From assembly GCA_040285825.1 (NCBI GenBank), contig JAUPSS010000003.1, positions 3,162,001-3,226,000 of the forward strand: a DNA stretch of 64,000 nucleotides. The letters run 5' to 3'. This stretch comes from Eukaryota sp. TZLM1-RC (Eukaryota > Protista > Metamonada: BaSk clade). Below, piece by piece: positions 43,115 through 55,196 of the stretch. Below the pieces are notes generated by a model that searched no databases, was not told the DNA's origin, and saw nothing but the letters and a program-made list of their open reading frames with translations. Position numbers and translations under genes: made by a program. The stretch's first letter is position 1. Each line of letters starts with the position of its first letter.

Positions 43115-44389
43115 ATGAGCAAGCGGGCCCGTCCTCACCGTAGGCTCACAATCAAGCCTCACATATCTTTACCCATACGTTGGAAGTCATTATTCACCAA
43201 CAACACAATCTATGACGTTCTCAAGAACAGGCCTAACTGGGAAGAGTGCTCGGATGACGTAGATAACTTCTCTCTGTCAGACATTGATTTCCTGTGGGCT
43301 GATATTCATTTCATCAGAACCAAACTACCTTCCAATTCAACCAAGTGTTACTGCAACCATTATAGAAACCATTACGAACTAACACGCAAAGATTTACTCG
43401 TCAAAAATCTCAAACGTACTCTCAAAGTTGTGCAAAAAACCTCTCCAGAATCAGCCTACCGCTATGAGTTCTTCCCATCTACTTTCGTCCTTCCTGGTGA
43501 GTACGCGCTCTTCCTTGAGGCCTTTCGCAAGGAACAAGGTACTTGGATCATGAAACCATCTGCCAGAGCGCAGGGAAGAGGCATTTTTCTTATTTCCAAA
43601 CCTAGCGAAGTTTTGGAGTGGAAAAGATCGTTGGGTGATTCAAAAGAAAAGAACCTGTACATTATTCAAAAATACATTCAAAATCCTTTTCTAATTGGAG
43701 GTCGAAAGTTTGATATTCGGTTCTACGTCCTCGTTCTTTCTTACTCTCCACTATTGGTTTACCTCTATCGGGAAGGTTTTGCCAGATTCTCATCAAGTAG
43801 GTTTTCAATGAGCCAGGAGAGCATAGGTGATTCGTTTGTTCATCTCACCAATGTTGCCATTCAGAAGAAGTCAAATCAATCAAATCATGTGGGTGTTGAC
43901 GATATTGGGGGTCACTATTCGTCATTGAAATGGTCGCTCAATAGTCTACTTTTGTATCTGACCAGTCTTGACCCAATTAAATCAAATAATTGTTTCCTAG
44001 CTATTCAAGACTTGGTATTTCGTTCTCTTTCTTCTGTTTGCAGGAACATTATTGTTGATCCTCTTTGTTTTGAACTTTACGGGTTTGATGTTTTGATTGA
44101 CGAAAATTTCAAACCTTGGTTGATTGAGATTAATGCAAGTCCTTCACTTTCGGCAAGTGATTCTGCTGATTATGAGCTAAAGAGTAAAGTTTTGACAGAT
44201 ATGTTGAATTTGCTTGACCTTGAGGGTCAGTTTCCGATTAATTCTGACCGGGTTGGGGGGTTTGAAAAGATTGTAGACGGGGATTATGTTTGTCCACGTG
44301 TTGTACTAGGATGTAGTATTAGTGATAGAGAAGATCAACTTGAAAATTTAAAAAATTCCACACTAAGTGGTTGTGCAGCTAGCAAATGA
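43115..44389 (+). CDS. TTLL9: Tubulin polyglutamylase TTLL9-like
   Basis: NHYRNHYELTRKDLLVKNLKR, WIMKP..RAQGRGIFL, IQKYIQNPFLIGGRKFDIR, HLTNVAIQK, CFELYGFDVLID, WLIEINASPSL. Confidence 0.88.
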   Translation: MSKRARPHRRLTIKPHISLPIRWKSLFTNNTIYDVLKNRPNWEECSDDVDNFSLSDIDFLWADIHFIRTKLPSNSTKCYCNHYRNHYELTRKDLLVKNLKRTLKVVQKTSPESAYRYEFFPSTFVLPGEYALFLEAFRKEQGTWIMKPSARAQGRGIFLISKPSEVLEWKRSLGDSKEKNLYIIQKYIQNPFLIGGRKFDIRFYVLVLSYSPLLVYLYREGFARFSSSRFSMSQESIGDSFVHLTNVAIQKKSNQSNHVGVDDIGGHYSSLKWSLNSLLLYLTSLDPIKSNNCFLAIQDLVFRSLSSVCRNIIVDPLCFELYGFDVLIDENFKPWLIEINASPSLSASDSADYELKSKVLTDMLNLLDLEGQFPINSDRVGGFEKIVDGDYVCPRVVLGCSISDREDQLENLKNSTLSGCAASK

Positions 44390-44855
44390 TTAACAATTTT
44401 AATATAATAACATTATTTTTATTTTATTTTGTTGATTTAGATTTGCTTTTCATTTATATATATTTTTTTGGTCAAATTCAGAACTTTTAGTACAATCTTC
44501 TTTAAATTAATTAAATTATTAAATTATTAAATTACAATCTTCGTGGTGATTCGGTCATATTTGATTATATTCAATTTGTTGTATTGATAAAGAATCTCTT
44601 AGTTTAAATTTACAAAAAAACAATTGGGTATTATTATAATTGATAAAAGAGAAGAATGAATCAATATATTCTTGATAATTGTCTTGATTAGGAAACTAGA
44701 GAAGAGATTTCAAAATTGAAAACAGCTACCATTCAAAAAAATCAAATAAGGTGAAAAACAATTGAAACCCAAACCTGTTTTTTCTGTACAAAAAAATGAT
44801 TGATGATTGAAGAAGGAATACCCGTAAAGTTGGGGTTAGGGTCATGGTTAAGCGA

Positions 44856-45401
44856 TCAACTCAAATAAGGCATCTCAGCTTCCCTTTCAATAGAGAGTAG
44901 TTCCTCAGTCTCATCCCTGAAACCAAAGTAAAAAGGATCTGCAATCCGACTCAACTCGCTCCTAGTAGAGAGTTTAGTGACTGCAGCCTCCTCCTCCTTC
45001 TTTGGGAGGTACTTCTTGGCTGTTCCAAAATAATACTTTCCTTCAGAAGGGGCGTAAGTGGCCTCTTGAAGCATTCTTTGGGAGATCATGGAATAATCAG
45101 GTCCTCCAAGCTGTTTTATCCTTGATTCCCACCTTCCACGTTCGACAAGAAGATCGTTAATATCCGTGTTGAGATCCATGGCGTCTTGCTCTGTTAATGC
45201 AAGGTTTTGAATTTTGACGATACGTTGTGCGAGTTCAGCAAGTACTTGCTTTCTCCATTTTTCACAAGCAGAGACAGAACGTACAGAGGAGGGATTTTCC
45301 GGCCGTTCATAATCTTCCTTGTGCTTGAGAAAATGTTCTTTGGTCTTTATGGCGACCCACCTATTCATCATGGAAAGTGCTTTTTCTGAATTTCTTGCCA
45401 T
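44856..45401 (-). CDS. ISY1: Pre-mRNA splicing factor ISY1
   Basis: MARNSEKA.SM.NRW, CEKWRKQV, KIQN, LN.DIN.L..E..RWE.RI..LGGPDY, YFG.AK.LP, YFGFRDE. Confidence 0.95.
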   Translation of the reverse strand: MARNSEKALSMMNRWVAIKTKEHFLKHKEDYERPENPSSVRSVSACEKWRKQVLAELAQRIVKIQNLALTEQDAMDLNTDINDLLVERGRWESRIKQLGGPDYSMISQRMLQEATYAPSEGKYYFGTAKKYLPKKEEEAAVTKLSTRSELSRIADPFYFGFRDETEELLSIEREAEMPYLS

Positions 45402-46599
45402 GTGGAAACTGATACAATGAAGTGAATGTTATAAGATGTGGGATGTACGTTTTGATCTGCAAATTTGATGCCATTTCCCTTCAATCCGAATTCTGTACCA
45501 CACATGAACAGATGACTTCAGCAATGAGTAGATGGTGTTTACAACGAAATAAATGCATGATCCGTTTTTCAATAGATGATGCTGATGTAATTTCTGGTTC
45601 CATAAATATTACACATATCGTTATTTATGTCACCTGTGATGTTCTATAAATTTTGCCAATCCCAAAACACAGTCAATCGTGGACAATATAATATAGGTAG
45701 CAAAGATGATTTATGTGACGGAAGGAGGCGATTTGCTATCATTGCTGACTTATTTTCTATAAATGTATTATCAGTAAAAGCGAATTAATTAATCAGCAAC
45801 TTTTTGAGTGATTAAAATAACATCAAGAATAACATTGAGGAGACTTGGTATTCTTTGATGATGCTCCTCAAACTTACAAAATTAGTGGATGTAATATTCA
45901 ATTCTGTCAAAATTTGATAGTCTTCATTTAACGATTCAGATATGATATAGTAAAGTAGGTTTTGTTTATCATCAGAAGATCATGGTTCACTAAACTTCGT
46001 CTCATTAGTGCTACGCTACTTTTGTCAAATGTAAATAATGTTTATATTCATTAATACTACTGTGAGGACCCCATTAAAGCAACTCTATGTGTGGGAATGA
46101 GATTTGATAGAGAAAATTGTGCTTTGAATCAAGATAAAAATACATCAATGGCTTTTCTTAATTCATGAGAAATTCGTGAAATAACAAGACATCATGTTGA
46201 AAATTTCGACTGACTTGAATGTTCTTCAAAGTACAAATGGTTAGAGCAAAATCTTAACACTCAACTCCAAATCCAATATTTGCTCAAAAAATTGAGGATA
46301 AAAAACGAGGAATTTGATCAACTTATTAAGGAATTTGATAGAATATTCCAGTCGAATATTGACTCTGATTGACTCCACATACAGACATGAAGGCTCAGTT
46401 GTAATTCGAACCACATCAATTTTAGCTGCTTCTTTCACGAAAAACTAATGTGTGCAATTGTTGTTTTACAGAATAGTATTGATAGTTGAAATTCAAAGTA
46501 CTTAAAGCGCCAAAAGAACAAAATTCAAAAACGGATGGTCGTGTCAATGGTGTTCAGTGATAGATTTCAAAAATTTGTAGTCTCCATTTGTTTGGAGTG

Positions 46600-47830
46600 T
46601 GTTATCCTCCTTATTCGCTAAATACAAGTTTATTAATTCAATTAGTATAAATTTTTTTATTTACAGATTTTAAAACAGTGGTACCAAAAAATGTTCAGTT
46701 CAATGAGACTTACACAAACATTATAATTGGTCTCTCACAGCATCGTGGACTTTGCTTCTAAAAGTAATACAGGGTTTACAATTTAACAAATGGATGATTG
46801 TAAATTTTTCGAGAACATTTACAAATTGGATTATGAGGTAAATTATCAGGCCAGAAAAAGGAACGAATTCTCATGTTCAAAGTGCAAGTATAATCAGTTA
46901 AGAGAGTACCATAAACTTGAGGAATTGTTGTTACTAAGGCAGAAGATGTACTATCACACATATCTTGTAAAAGACTTGCAAAAGCGGGATTCTTTTTCTT
47001 GGCCAAGCCAAGTCTAACGTCAAAATCCAACTTTTTCAACAATCTTTGACAATTTTTGTTGAAGCTTTTTACAGCAAAACTGCAAATTAAAAAGAGGTCG
47101 GTTCGGAATGTCTTGAATTGATGGTGAAAGCACTTGATCCAGATTTATGGTGGCAATTTTTCGAGTCCACAAGATAACTCATTCAAATATGGACTGCAAC
47201 TGGGAACAAATGGGAATCTTCAGGAAATCTACGAAAACATCATAAGTACAATTCTTGCCTCCACCCAATAATAACTGATTGGCACAAAATAGAGGATTTT
47301 GTATCGAACACGTCCAAAGTTTGCTGCGCAAAATGACTCTTCAAGATTCCTGAATCTTCATCCAGTAAATCAATTAATTACTATTATCAATGAATCAAAA
47401 CATCGAAATAAATTTAATGCTATAGAAGGAGCCAGATCTCAGATTGTTGTTCTCCCCATGCAACCTAAAGGATCTTTTTGTTTCACACCAAAAGATGATT
47501 TTAATGCAAATGGAGTAAATATTAAGTCTGAGTCATTACCATAAAAGTGATAGAAGAAACTGGAAAGCTCAGGAAAATTAAATTTCATTACAACAAAAAT
47601 TGCTTTTAGCTTCACAGAATTGAAAGCATTTTGAAGTCAAAATTAAAAGTAAAATTATTATTTGCTGGTTGGAAAAAGGTGTCAGAGGCAAGAGAAGCAA
47701 CAGAAGCACCATCAATTGTTGTTATTCCAAATTGATGAGGATTTACAAATTTAGAAGTTTCAATTTTCAAAACAGTTAATTGTTGAAAATAGTTGGCAAG
47801 ATCATCAGCAATTTCAGGATCACTGAAACA
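46600..47830 (-). mobile_element. Degenerate CRE-like element (RT start + Zn knuckle), internally deleted
   Basis: HQFGITTIDGA...FNFDFK/NAFNSV and LNMRIRS...ICKCS...HLLNC...FRSKVHDAVRD, spread across frames. Confidence 0.65.
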
Positions 47831-48499
47831 CTCTATTTTCAACCGATCGAAAGAAATTGAAGATGGGCCCGTAGCTTTTCCTTTTGGTAATTTTGAAATG
47901 GTCGTGGAAACTTTTTTTTTGGCAAAAATGGATTTTTAATCCAAAAAAGATAACCAACAGGCTTGCGACACTTAAGGCTTTCTTGAAGATGCAAATTCCA
48001 AAGTTTCTATAGTGTTTCAGAAAATGCATCAGCCACAGAGAATGAAAGCAAAGACTGTTTTGCCGCTTCATAACGACCACGTAAGCACAACTTTCGGATA
48101 ACTTATATTTTTTCAATATTTTCATTCCCAAATGTTTTTTCTTGCAAAATATTTCCAAAAAGGTCAAATATTTTTACTTATTGTACGTTAATTCAGAAGT
48201 GAACGTTTTTATTTCCATTGAAAAAGGAATTGTACTGGTGGGACTAATTTTTACTGGAATCTGAATTGGTGGCCGAACAGTGTCAACAGCTTCATTTTCA
48301 ACAGGGTAAGAAGAGTCAGCACTATGAGCATTTGAACCAAAGATCAGTGGAACCACCATTTTCAGCAAAATTCAAATCGTCATTGACTGGAACGGAACAC
48401 TTTAGAATCAAAATGTGTTTGTCCCAAAGATTTATTTCGTCTTTATTGAATAGGATTCTTAAAGGGTGACTTCTATTTGACGTACCATACTGTTAGCCG

Positions 48500-49615
48500 A
48501 TGTCTCCACCTCTCAAAAAGTTCAAAATTGAAGACCCTGAACTTCAACAGCTTCTCAATGAACATGAACAGATGTTATCAGAACAACAACAGCACATGGC
48601 CTTTCAACCACCATTACATGTTGAACCGCCAATATCAACATCTCCTCCAATTGACAGCTCGTTACTCAATTCAATGGTGGAATCTCTACGCCGTATGGAG
48701 AAGAGTTTTTTGAAGCAGGTCACATCATTAAATATCAAAATGGACAATATACTCAAACGATACCCAGCGTCTCACTCGGCTGACCCAACAACCACAACCA
48801 CAACAACAACGTCAACTATATCAACACGATCAAAGAACACCACAAACAAAACCATTAAAGAGGCCTCTCCTCCACCAGAGAGTTCCAAACAAAGAGTAGT
48901 AAAGGACAAAAAGCCAAGCCGTCGTCCTTCACCACAACCTGAGCACGAAGCCACGGCAACTACCACCACGGATACAGACATACGAAGCTTACCCCGTCAT
49001 TTGATATTCAAAGCGTATCTCCCGCCTCAATGGTTCTTCCTCTCTTACGCTGATCTTGCCTTCTCCTGTCTTCGTTTCTATGATAGTCCCATTACAGTTG
49101 ACTTTCTGTACGAGGCAGTTAAGCATGTTCCTCTGATCAACAGGGCAACAATGACGCCAAAGCCTTGTTGTGAACTAACCCCTAGCTGGCAGCATTGCAT
49201 TAACCAAACTTTGGATCATAATAGTAACATTGTACGGAAAAAAGGCAAACATTTGTCCCTGACACCATATGGTTTGGAGGCTTTCACTTCTATTGGGGTT
49301 AACTTTGGGACTGAGGAAGGACAGGCGTTTATGAATTCTTGTCGAAGGATGAAAAAGTCTGAGTATCCCAGTCGGAATCTACCTTCTGATTTTGAGTTTT
49401 TAACTGTTTATGACGTTTTGAATCCTGAAACATCTTCTCAACATTCTGAAGATCAAACCTCCTCAAGAGCCACTCCCGAGTTTGTCATGCATGGGCGACC
49501 TTCTGTGAAGAAAGAAGCACCAGAATTAAACCAACCTGACGCTTTCTTATCAGATAATTTGGAACCTATTTCGAAGGTTTCAGTTGATGAGATTTCTAAA
49601 AGATTTAGGCAATAG
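48500..49615 (+). CDS. Nuclear protein with forkhead-like winged-helix domain
   Basis: NLS PPLKKFK, coiled coil, Thr tract, then SYADLAFSCL...ITVDFLYEAV...SWQHCINQTLDHNSNIVRK (cf. FOX SY..LI..AI...lTL..IY.WI...WqnSIRHnLS.N..F.K). Confidence 0.55.
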   Translation: MSPPLKKFKIEDPELQQLLNEHEQMLSEQQQHMAFQPPLHVEPPISTSPPIDSSLLNSMVESLRRMEKSFLKQVTSLNIKMDNILKRYPASHSADPTTTTTTTTSTISTRSKNTTNKTIKEASPPPESSKQRVVKDKKPSRRPSPQPEHEATATTTTDTDIRSLPRHLIFKAYLPPQWFFLSYADLAFSCLRFYDSPITVDFLYEAVKHVPLINRATMTPKPCCELTPSWQHCINQTLDHNSNIVRKKGKHLSLTPYGLEAFTSIGVNFGTEEGQAFMNSCRRMKKSEYPSRNLPSDFEFLTVYDVLNPETSSQHSEDQTSSRATPEFVMHGRPSVKKEAPELNQPDAFLSDNLEPISKVSVDEISKRFRQ

Positions 49616-50049
49616 TCTAGTGTATTTTAGACTTTTGTTATTTAGTTTTTCAATTATTTTATTTGTTGTTTATTTAATATTCTGTGTATTTCCTCTAGTT
49701 TTGCAGATAAATATTTTATTTTACTCTTGCATTTGTCATTCTTAATTGATTCTGAACATATTTATTGGTTTGAATTTCTTCTCAATGACGACATAACTGA
49801 TTTTGTTCATTTGCCTTCTGTAGATGTCAATGGTATTCACAACCTACACTATCCATGACAAGGGGCGATTAATTCAGGCAATAAAGCTTTTCTCCACAAT
49901 CGTTGTTTAAGAAAATACTCAATCAAAGAGCGAATTTTGTAAATGGAAACTAGAATTCTATAAACAGACATCTTAAACATTTGTTAAGAATTACAAATGA
50001 ATTAAAATAAATTTTTTTGAATTCTGCAAAATGACTATTGTTGATGCTA

Positions 50050-51985
50050 TGTTTATGAGTGACAGAGGAAACTGATTTTAGTGAAATTTTCGGATGAAGT
50101 GCAGTGTAAGTTTATTAGCAATAATCTTAAAATTGACATTTCACAGTGAAGTTTATTCATGAACTTACAGTGGTTGCAGTATTCATGGTGCTTTGTTACA
50201 ATATTTGCCAGAATTAATGCCTTATTTCCAACAACATATTGCACAAATTCTAATTTACATTTTGGTGATTCTGTTTTGAAATCATCAAGTGGTGGTAAGC
50301 ACGGAGATCCCTTAGGACCTCTTTTGTTTTGTTTGGCCATTCATCCCATTTTATTTCAAATTCAAGAGATGTTGCCTTCACTCAAAATGAATGCTTATGA
50401 GAATGACGTTGTTCGTATAGAGGACTTAAAGATTGTCACAGAAGCAACTGAATATTTTGAAGAATTTGTTAACAAAATTGGAATCCGACTTAATTCACTG
50501 AAATGTGTTCTACTTTTGAATGTTACTTTTTTTGGTTCCTCTCTTCTTTCTAGTTCTCTCTCTTTATTTTCATCAACAAAACTTTTTACCTCAGGAATGA
50601 CGAAAAGACCCAGAACCATAATTATTTTTAACAAGTGGTCAAGGACTTTAATAAAATTAGTATAGAGGGGAGACTGTCGATCCAAGTCATATGGAATTCT
50701 CAATGTGTGATTAATAGTTATGAAAAAGCCAAATGAAATTAACAATTTCACAATTCCAACTAAGATTTTTATGGTAAATTCCTTCATTTTATTTATTGTA
50801 ATAATATTAATTTATTTATTCTTAATGAGACTTGATTATTACGCTACGTTGATAATGGCTACTTTTGACATGATTGGTTCTGATGATAGAGGTGATGTAT
50901 ACTGTGATTGGATTGATAATTCTGAAGCTATTGTTGACTTTGTTTCATGTAGTGTTGCAAATGATACTTTGGTTCACAGAAGAAAACTTAAATTTAAATT
51001 TAATTTTATTCTAAACCTATAAATCAACATCTAAAAAATCCATCTCTCCCAAAACAAAAACACTAGATGCAACTCTCTCATAGTGAGATCCAAGAGAAAG
51101 CAAAGCATCAGAAACCATCTTCAACATCCCCTTAAAAACAGAAAACACAATTCTATTTTGCCAATTTTGTAATGCCTCAAATGAAAGGCTTGCTAATTCT
51201 GAAATTCATAATCCCCTTTCAAATGCTGAAAATTTTAAATTCAAAAAATACAATGAACCTTTGTCCAAATTGGCCAGTCTACAGCATGCAAAATACAATT
51301 TGTATCCATTTGTATTTTCCCTTTTTGGTTCACTTGCACCAACTGCTTTACGTTTTTTGGATGATTTTGATTAATAGATTGCCTCGGTTTTTCAATCGAA
51401 TTTGAGAAGCTTTAGCTAGACAGCAAGCAGATCAAGATTTTGTAGAGGAAATCTTGGTTCAATGATAGTCATCCCATTAGTTATGAGTTAATTCAATTAA
51501 GTGTGCAAATTCAATAAATACGAGTTATACTTTCGTATTCTCCAGTTTCTTCAACAGTTTATGGTTTTAAAATTCAAGCCAATTTGTATTCAATTGATGC
51601 TATTCATCATTAAGGTTCGTTTTTAGGAAATAATGATGAAGTTACCAAAGAATTGTTTGAAAAGTTGAACTCAATTTCTGACCACTTGTTTTTATTGCTT
51701 TCCCATTTTCTATAAACAAAAGACTATCAGTTGAAGCAGGAACTTGTTTGAGTGATTTCCAAAAAATGGTTTAAGAAAAATCAATGAAAAGATTTGATAT
51801 TTTTTTATGGCGCTCTTGGATTCAATTTGCCATTATTAATAGATTACCTCGGTTTTTCAATCGAATAAGAGAAGCTTTAGCTAGACAGCAAGCAGATCAA
51901 GATTTTGTAGAGGAAATCTTGGTTCAATGAATTTCGTCCCATTAGTTATGAGTTAATTTTGTTAAGTGTGCAAGATCAATAAAGA
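50050..51985 (+). mobile_element. Mosaic of CRE-like fragments: family 1 RT piece, REL piece, inverted family 3 insert, two family 1 3' ends
   Basis: GGKHGDPLGPLLF/AYEND (50159..50520), DDRGDVYCDW (50874-50990), family 3 at 51016-51370, family 1 3' ends at 51369-51520 and 51690-51985. Confidence 0.8.
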
Positions 51986-52341
51986 AAATAACATGAAAAC
52001 TAATAAAAACACATCATCACGAGAACTTACAACCACACTTCGTTGATGATTCCAATTAAGAGGAATATTAATTCCAAAAAGGACTAGATTCTACATAAGA
52101 GCATTCTCCAACTAATAGTTCCCATGAACTCCAACTCTCAATAAATTCATTGTTTAGTCCATTAGGAAAGATCTATTTGAGTTAGAGTTAGCAGGAACAG
52201 AATCGTCCATGTTTTGGTTACCTTAAGTAGGAGAATTGGAATAAAGTTGATTTCTTTTCTATTCATATTATATAAAAATTGTAAAAAGAGGAATAAATAA
52301 AACAATCCAGGACCATGACAAACGTACTATGATTTCTAAGT

Positions 52342-53687
52342 ATGTTCACCATAACCACCCAGCTACTGTCAAAGGAACATCCTTCCTTAAATCTTTTGCC
52401 GTGTCAATATGAAAATACTGAGTGTAGGAAGTTAGACATTGATTTGACGGTTGGTTGTGATTTTGATGCCCTTCACATTAAAACAACATTTTCCCCAATC
52501 GAGACTGCGTATTCAATGCATAAAAACGACTATGATGCGTATTTAGATTTTGATGATTTTTATATTCAACTACCAAATTTAAGCAAAAAAATAAATTAGA
52601 ATCATATAAATTAGAATCAATTAAATTAATTTTAAGGCGTATGTTTGTTGCGAAGTCAAACGAAATATTTCAGATTTGGAACTATCAAAGATTGAGGCCA
52701 AAAAAGTAATTGAAGCTATGGATATTTCGAATTACACTTTGAAGCAGAAAATTAGGTTCAATTACCTGAATTTCTCTTATCCAATTCTACAAAATCTTGA
52801 TAATGAGCTTAGTAAAAGAAGGATGCAATTTCCAGATTATACATCAATGAATTGAGTTTTCCACTACATAGCCAAACAAATTGCCATTAATTATGGAAAT
52901 AATGTCAGCAAACACTTTCATGAATAATTTTTGTGCTGGTTCAACATTATCACCTTGAAGAAGCTCAGACTAGAACAAATTCAGGAAGATCATTTGAAGA
53001 AAGAATTATTGACTAAACTCAACAAAGTCAGGGAAGCCATTATCAGTGGAAACTTTGATGAACTCCCTATCAATGATCACATTGTTTTTCCCTTTCCCCA
53101 GTCAGAGTTGACTTTGAAGTTTTTGCTTATGTGAAACATTGTTTAATTTCAACTTAGATTAAGGGTAAAAATCTTTATTATACTCAATCAGCCACTCCAT
53201 GGAAATTTTTCTCCCATACAATAAAATAACAGAACAATTCAATCATTTTGTTCCCAAGACGGCAAACCTTCGCCAGTCAACAATCCTTTTCCATTGACAA
53301 CTACATTGATTCCACAGCATATAAGACTCGATACTCATTGGCTCAATGAAAGATTTAGCAAGTCCAAAGGGAGAGCAAATGACATAAAATCGTCAGTTTT
53401 TACCGAAATACTAACAGATAAGGTATTAGATTCTTACAAACGTGAGATTAAAGGTTGCTTTTAATTGAAGTTTCTTCTCAATTGTAACAGACGGGATTGC
53501 TTGTTCACTAATCTTAATTCGTAAAGACCTGGTTGATGAAAATACAAATGTTTTCAGAAATTTTACTTCCAAGACGTACCCAGAGCGATACAAACATTCC
53601 TTGTCTGCTGAAAATGTCGAAAAGTTGAAGTTAAAGGTAAATAGAATATTTGTTATTGATCCTAACGAGTACGACTTAATGCTATAA
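52342..53687 (+). pseudogene. Fanzor1 relic of the same family as the 22930 protein, truncated just after RuvC-I
   Basis: Across frames: FKAYVCCEVKRN, YIAKQIAINYGNNVSKHF (52865), NPFPLTTTLIPQHIRLDT (53282), IVTDGIACSLILIRKDL (53481), RIFVIDPNEYDLML* (53643). Several stops and frameshifts. Confidence 0.8.
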
Positions 53688-53789
53688 ATCTATAACTTTT
53701 ACTACAGCCTTTTACTACAGTGAATCTGTAGCATTTTTGGATTTTTCCATCTCAAAAGGTTACCATCAAAATTTGTTTCATTTTATCAG

Positions 53790-55067
53790 ATGCCCGAACT
53801 CCACCAACAAGTCTTAAATCGCCTTCGCTTCAGCTACATTGGCCTCGCTCTTGCATGTGTCGCACAATACTTACTTGCCATATACATTACCAATGATCTT
53901 CACTACGACATTGTATCGATCTCTCTTATTCCTCTTGCTGCTCTCTTCAATACTCTCATGATGGCTTTCATTCACCTTCGCCTCCCTGTCCAATGGCTCA
54001 GACTCACCTACTTCCTCTACCTCTTCTTGGTCGTAACTGAACTCGGAATTCTCATTTACGCCACCATTCGTTACTTTACTGTGAGCACCTTTTACGTGAC
54101 TCTGTCTGCGTTCATATTCTTTTCTATTCTCTTTTATACTGTATATACACTCTTATGGTCACCTCTTCTCAATTCTATCTTTGAAAAACTCTACACTGGC
54201 AAACAGCAGCTGGCATCACTTTTGATTGATGATGATCAGGTCACGTCATGGACTTTCTTAACCGGGTCGGCAAAAAGAAAGGAAAAAGAAAGTAGTATTA
54301 TACTTTTGTCAATGATGTTACCCTATGTCTTTATTGGTGGCTTAATCTTTAGTGTTTCTTCTCAGTTTTCAATCAATCAACACGTGACTCTATCACTTTT
54401 GATTGGACTAGGATTGGGATCAATTATTGTTTATAAAGGAGATCTTATCCCTTGTGCTCTTGGTGCTTTTCTTTTAGATATTCATGAAAAAAAGAATATT
54501 TTTAAAACGAATTTGCCCCGTTTTGTCAAGCAAATCATTTATAAGGATTATTTATTTAGATTTCCTTTCTTTTCCATTTTATTAATTGTTATTCAAACCT
54601 CTGTTATTATCAAATTAGCAAAGATCTTTTCGTCCAATAATACTGCTTTACTTTTAATTCAATCGTATGCTGAGCAGTTTTTAATTGTTGATGATGTAAA
54701 GGAATTCGTCAACATCTTTGCTTCATCAGTTCTTGCTGGAGTTTTGATTTTCACTATTGTTATGGCTTGTAGGAGTGATCAACTGACCAGAATTGTTAAA
54801 ATTTTAACTGTGTCAGTAGTTGTCATGATCTCTTTTCTAATTGGCTTCCACATTTTTGAGCTGAGTGTCTTGATGTCTTGTGCTTATTTATTGACCATGC
54901 CTTATGAATTTGGTAGCATTGTAGCTTTAGTTGTTGAAGTTTTTGTTGTTTTCATTGGTAATCTCATTGGAATATTAGTAGCAATGTATTTACTGGTAGA
55001 TAGAACTGTCGACATCACTGCTGAAGAACAACAACAAGAAGAAGAGGATGATGGTTGTGAGGTTTAA
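53790..55067 (+). CDS. Multi-pass membrane protein, unknown function
   Basis: 425 aa with ~10-11 hydrophobic segments and an acidic tail. Confidence 0.75.
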   Translation: MPELHQQVLNRLRFSYIGLALACVAQYLLAIYITNDLHYDIVSISLIPLAALFNTLMMAFIHLRLPVQWLRLTYFLYLFLVVTELGILIYATIRYFTVSTFYVTLSAFIFFSILFYTVYTLLWSPLLNSIFEKLYTGKQQLASLLIDDDQVTSWTFLTGSAKRKEKESSIILLSMMLPYVFIGGLIFSVSSQFSINQHVTLSLLIGLGLGSIIVYKGDLIPCALGAFLLDIHEKKNIFKTNLPRFVKQIIYKDYLFRFPFFSILLIVIQTSVIIKLAKIFSSNNTALLLIQSYAEQFLIVDDVKEFVNIFASSVLAGVLIFTIVMACRSDQLTRIVKILTVSVVVMISFLIGFHIFELSVLMSCAYLLTMPYEFGSIVALVVEVFVVFIGNLIGILVAMYLLVDRTVDITAEEQQQEEEDDGCEV

Positions 55068-55196
55068 TATTTTATTGTAAATTTAATAAATTATTGTAAC
55101 ATTTTCCGTTGCCAGCAACATACAGGAGCCCAGTGGTTTAGATTGCTAATAACCAGCTTTGAACTTTGTTGATTTGATCTGTGGTCTCCAGTCAAG

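Noticed and set aside
44831-44842. Telomeric repeat GGGGTTAGGG
   Set aside because: Single unit in a 3' UTR; not an array.
45422-46600. Short ORFs in AT-rich DNA upstream of ISY1
   Set aside because: No recognisable motifs; probably decayed sequence I cannot assign.
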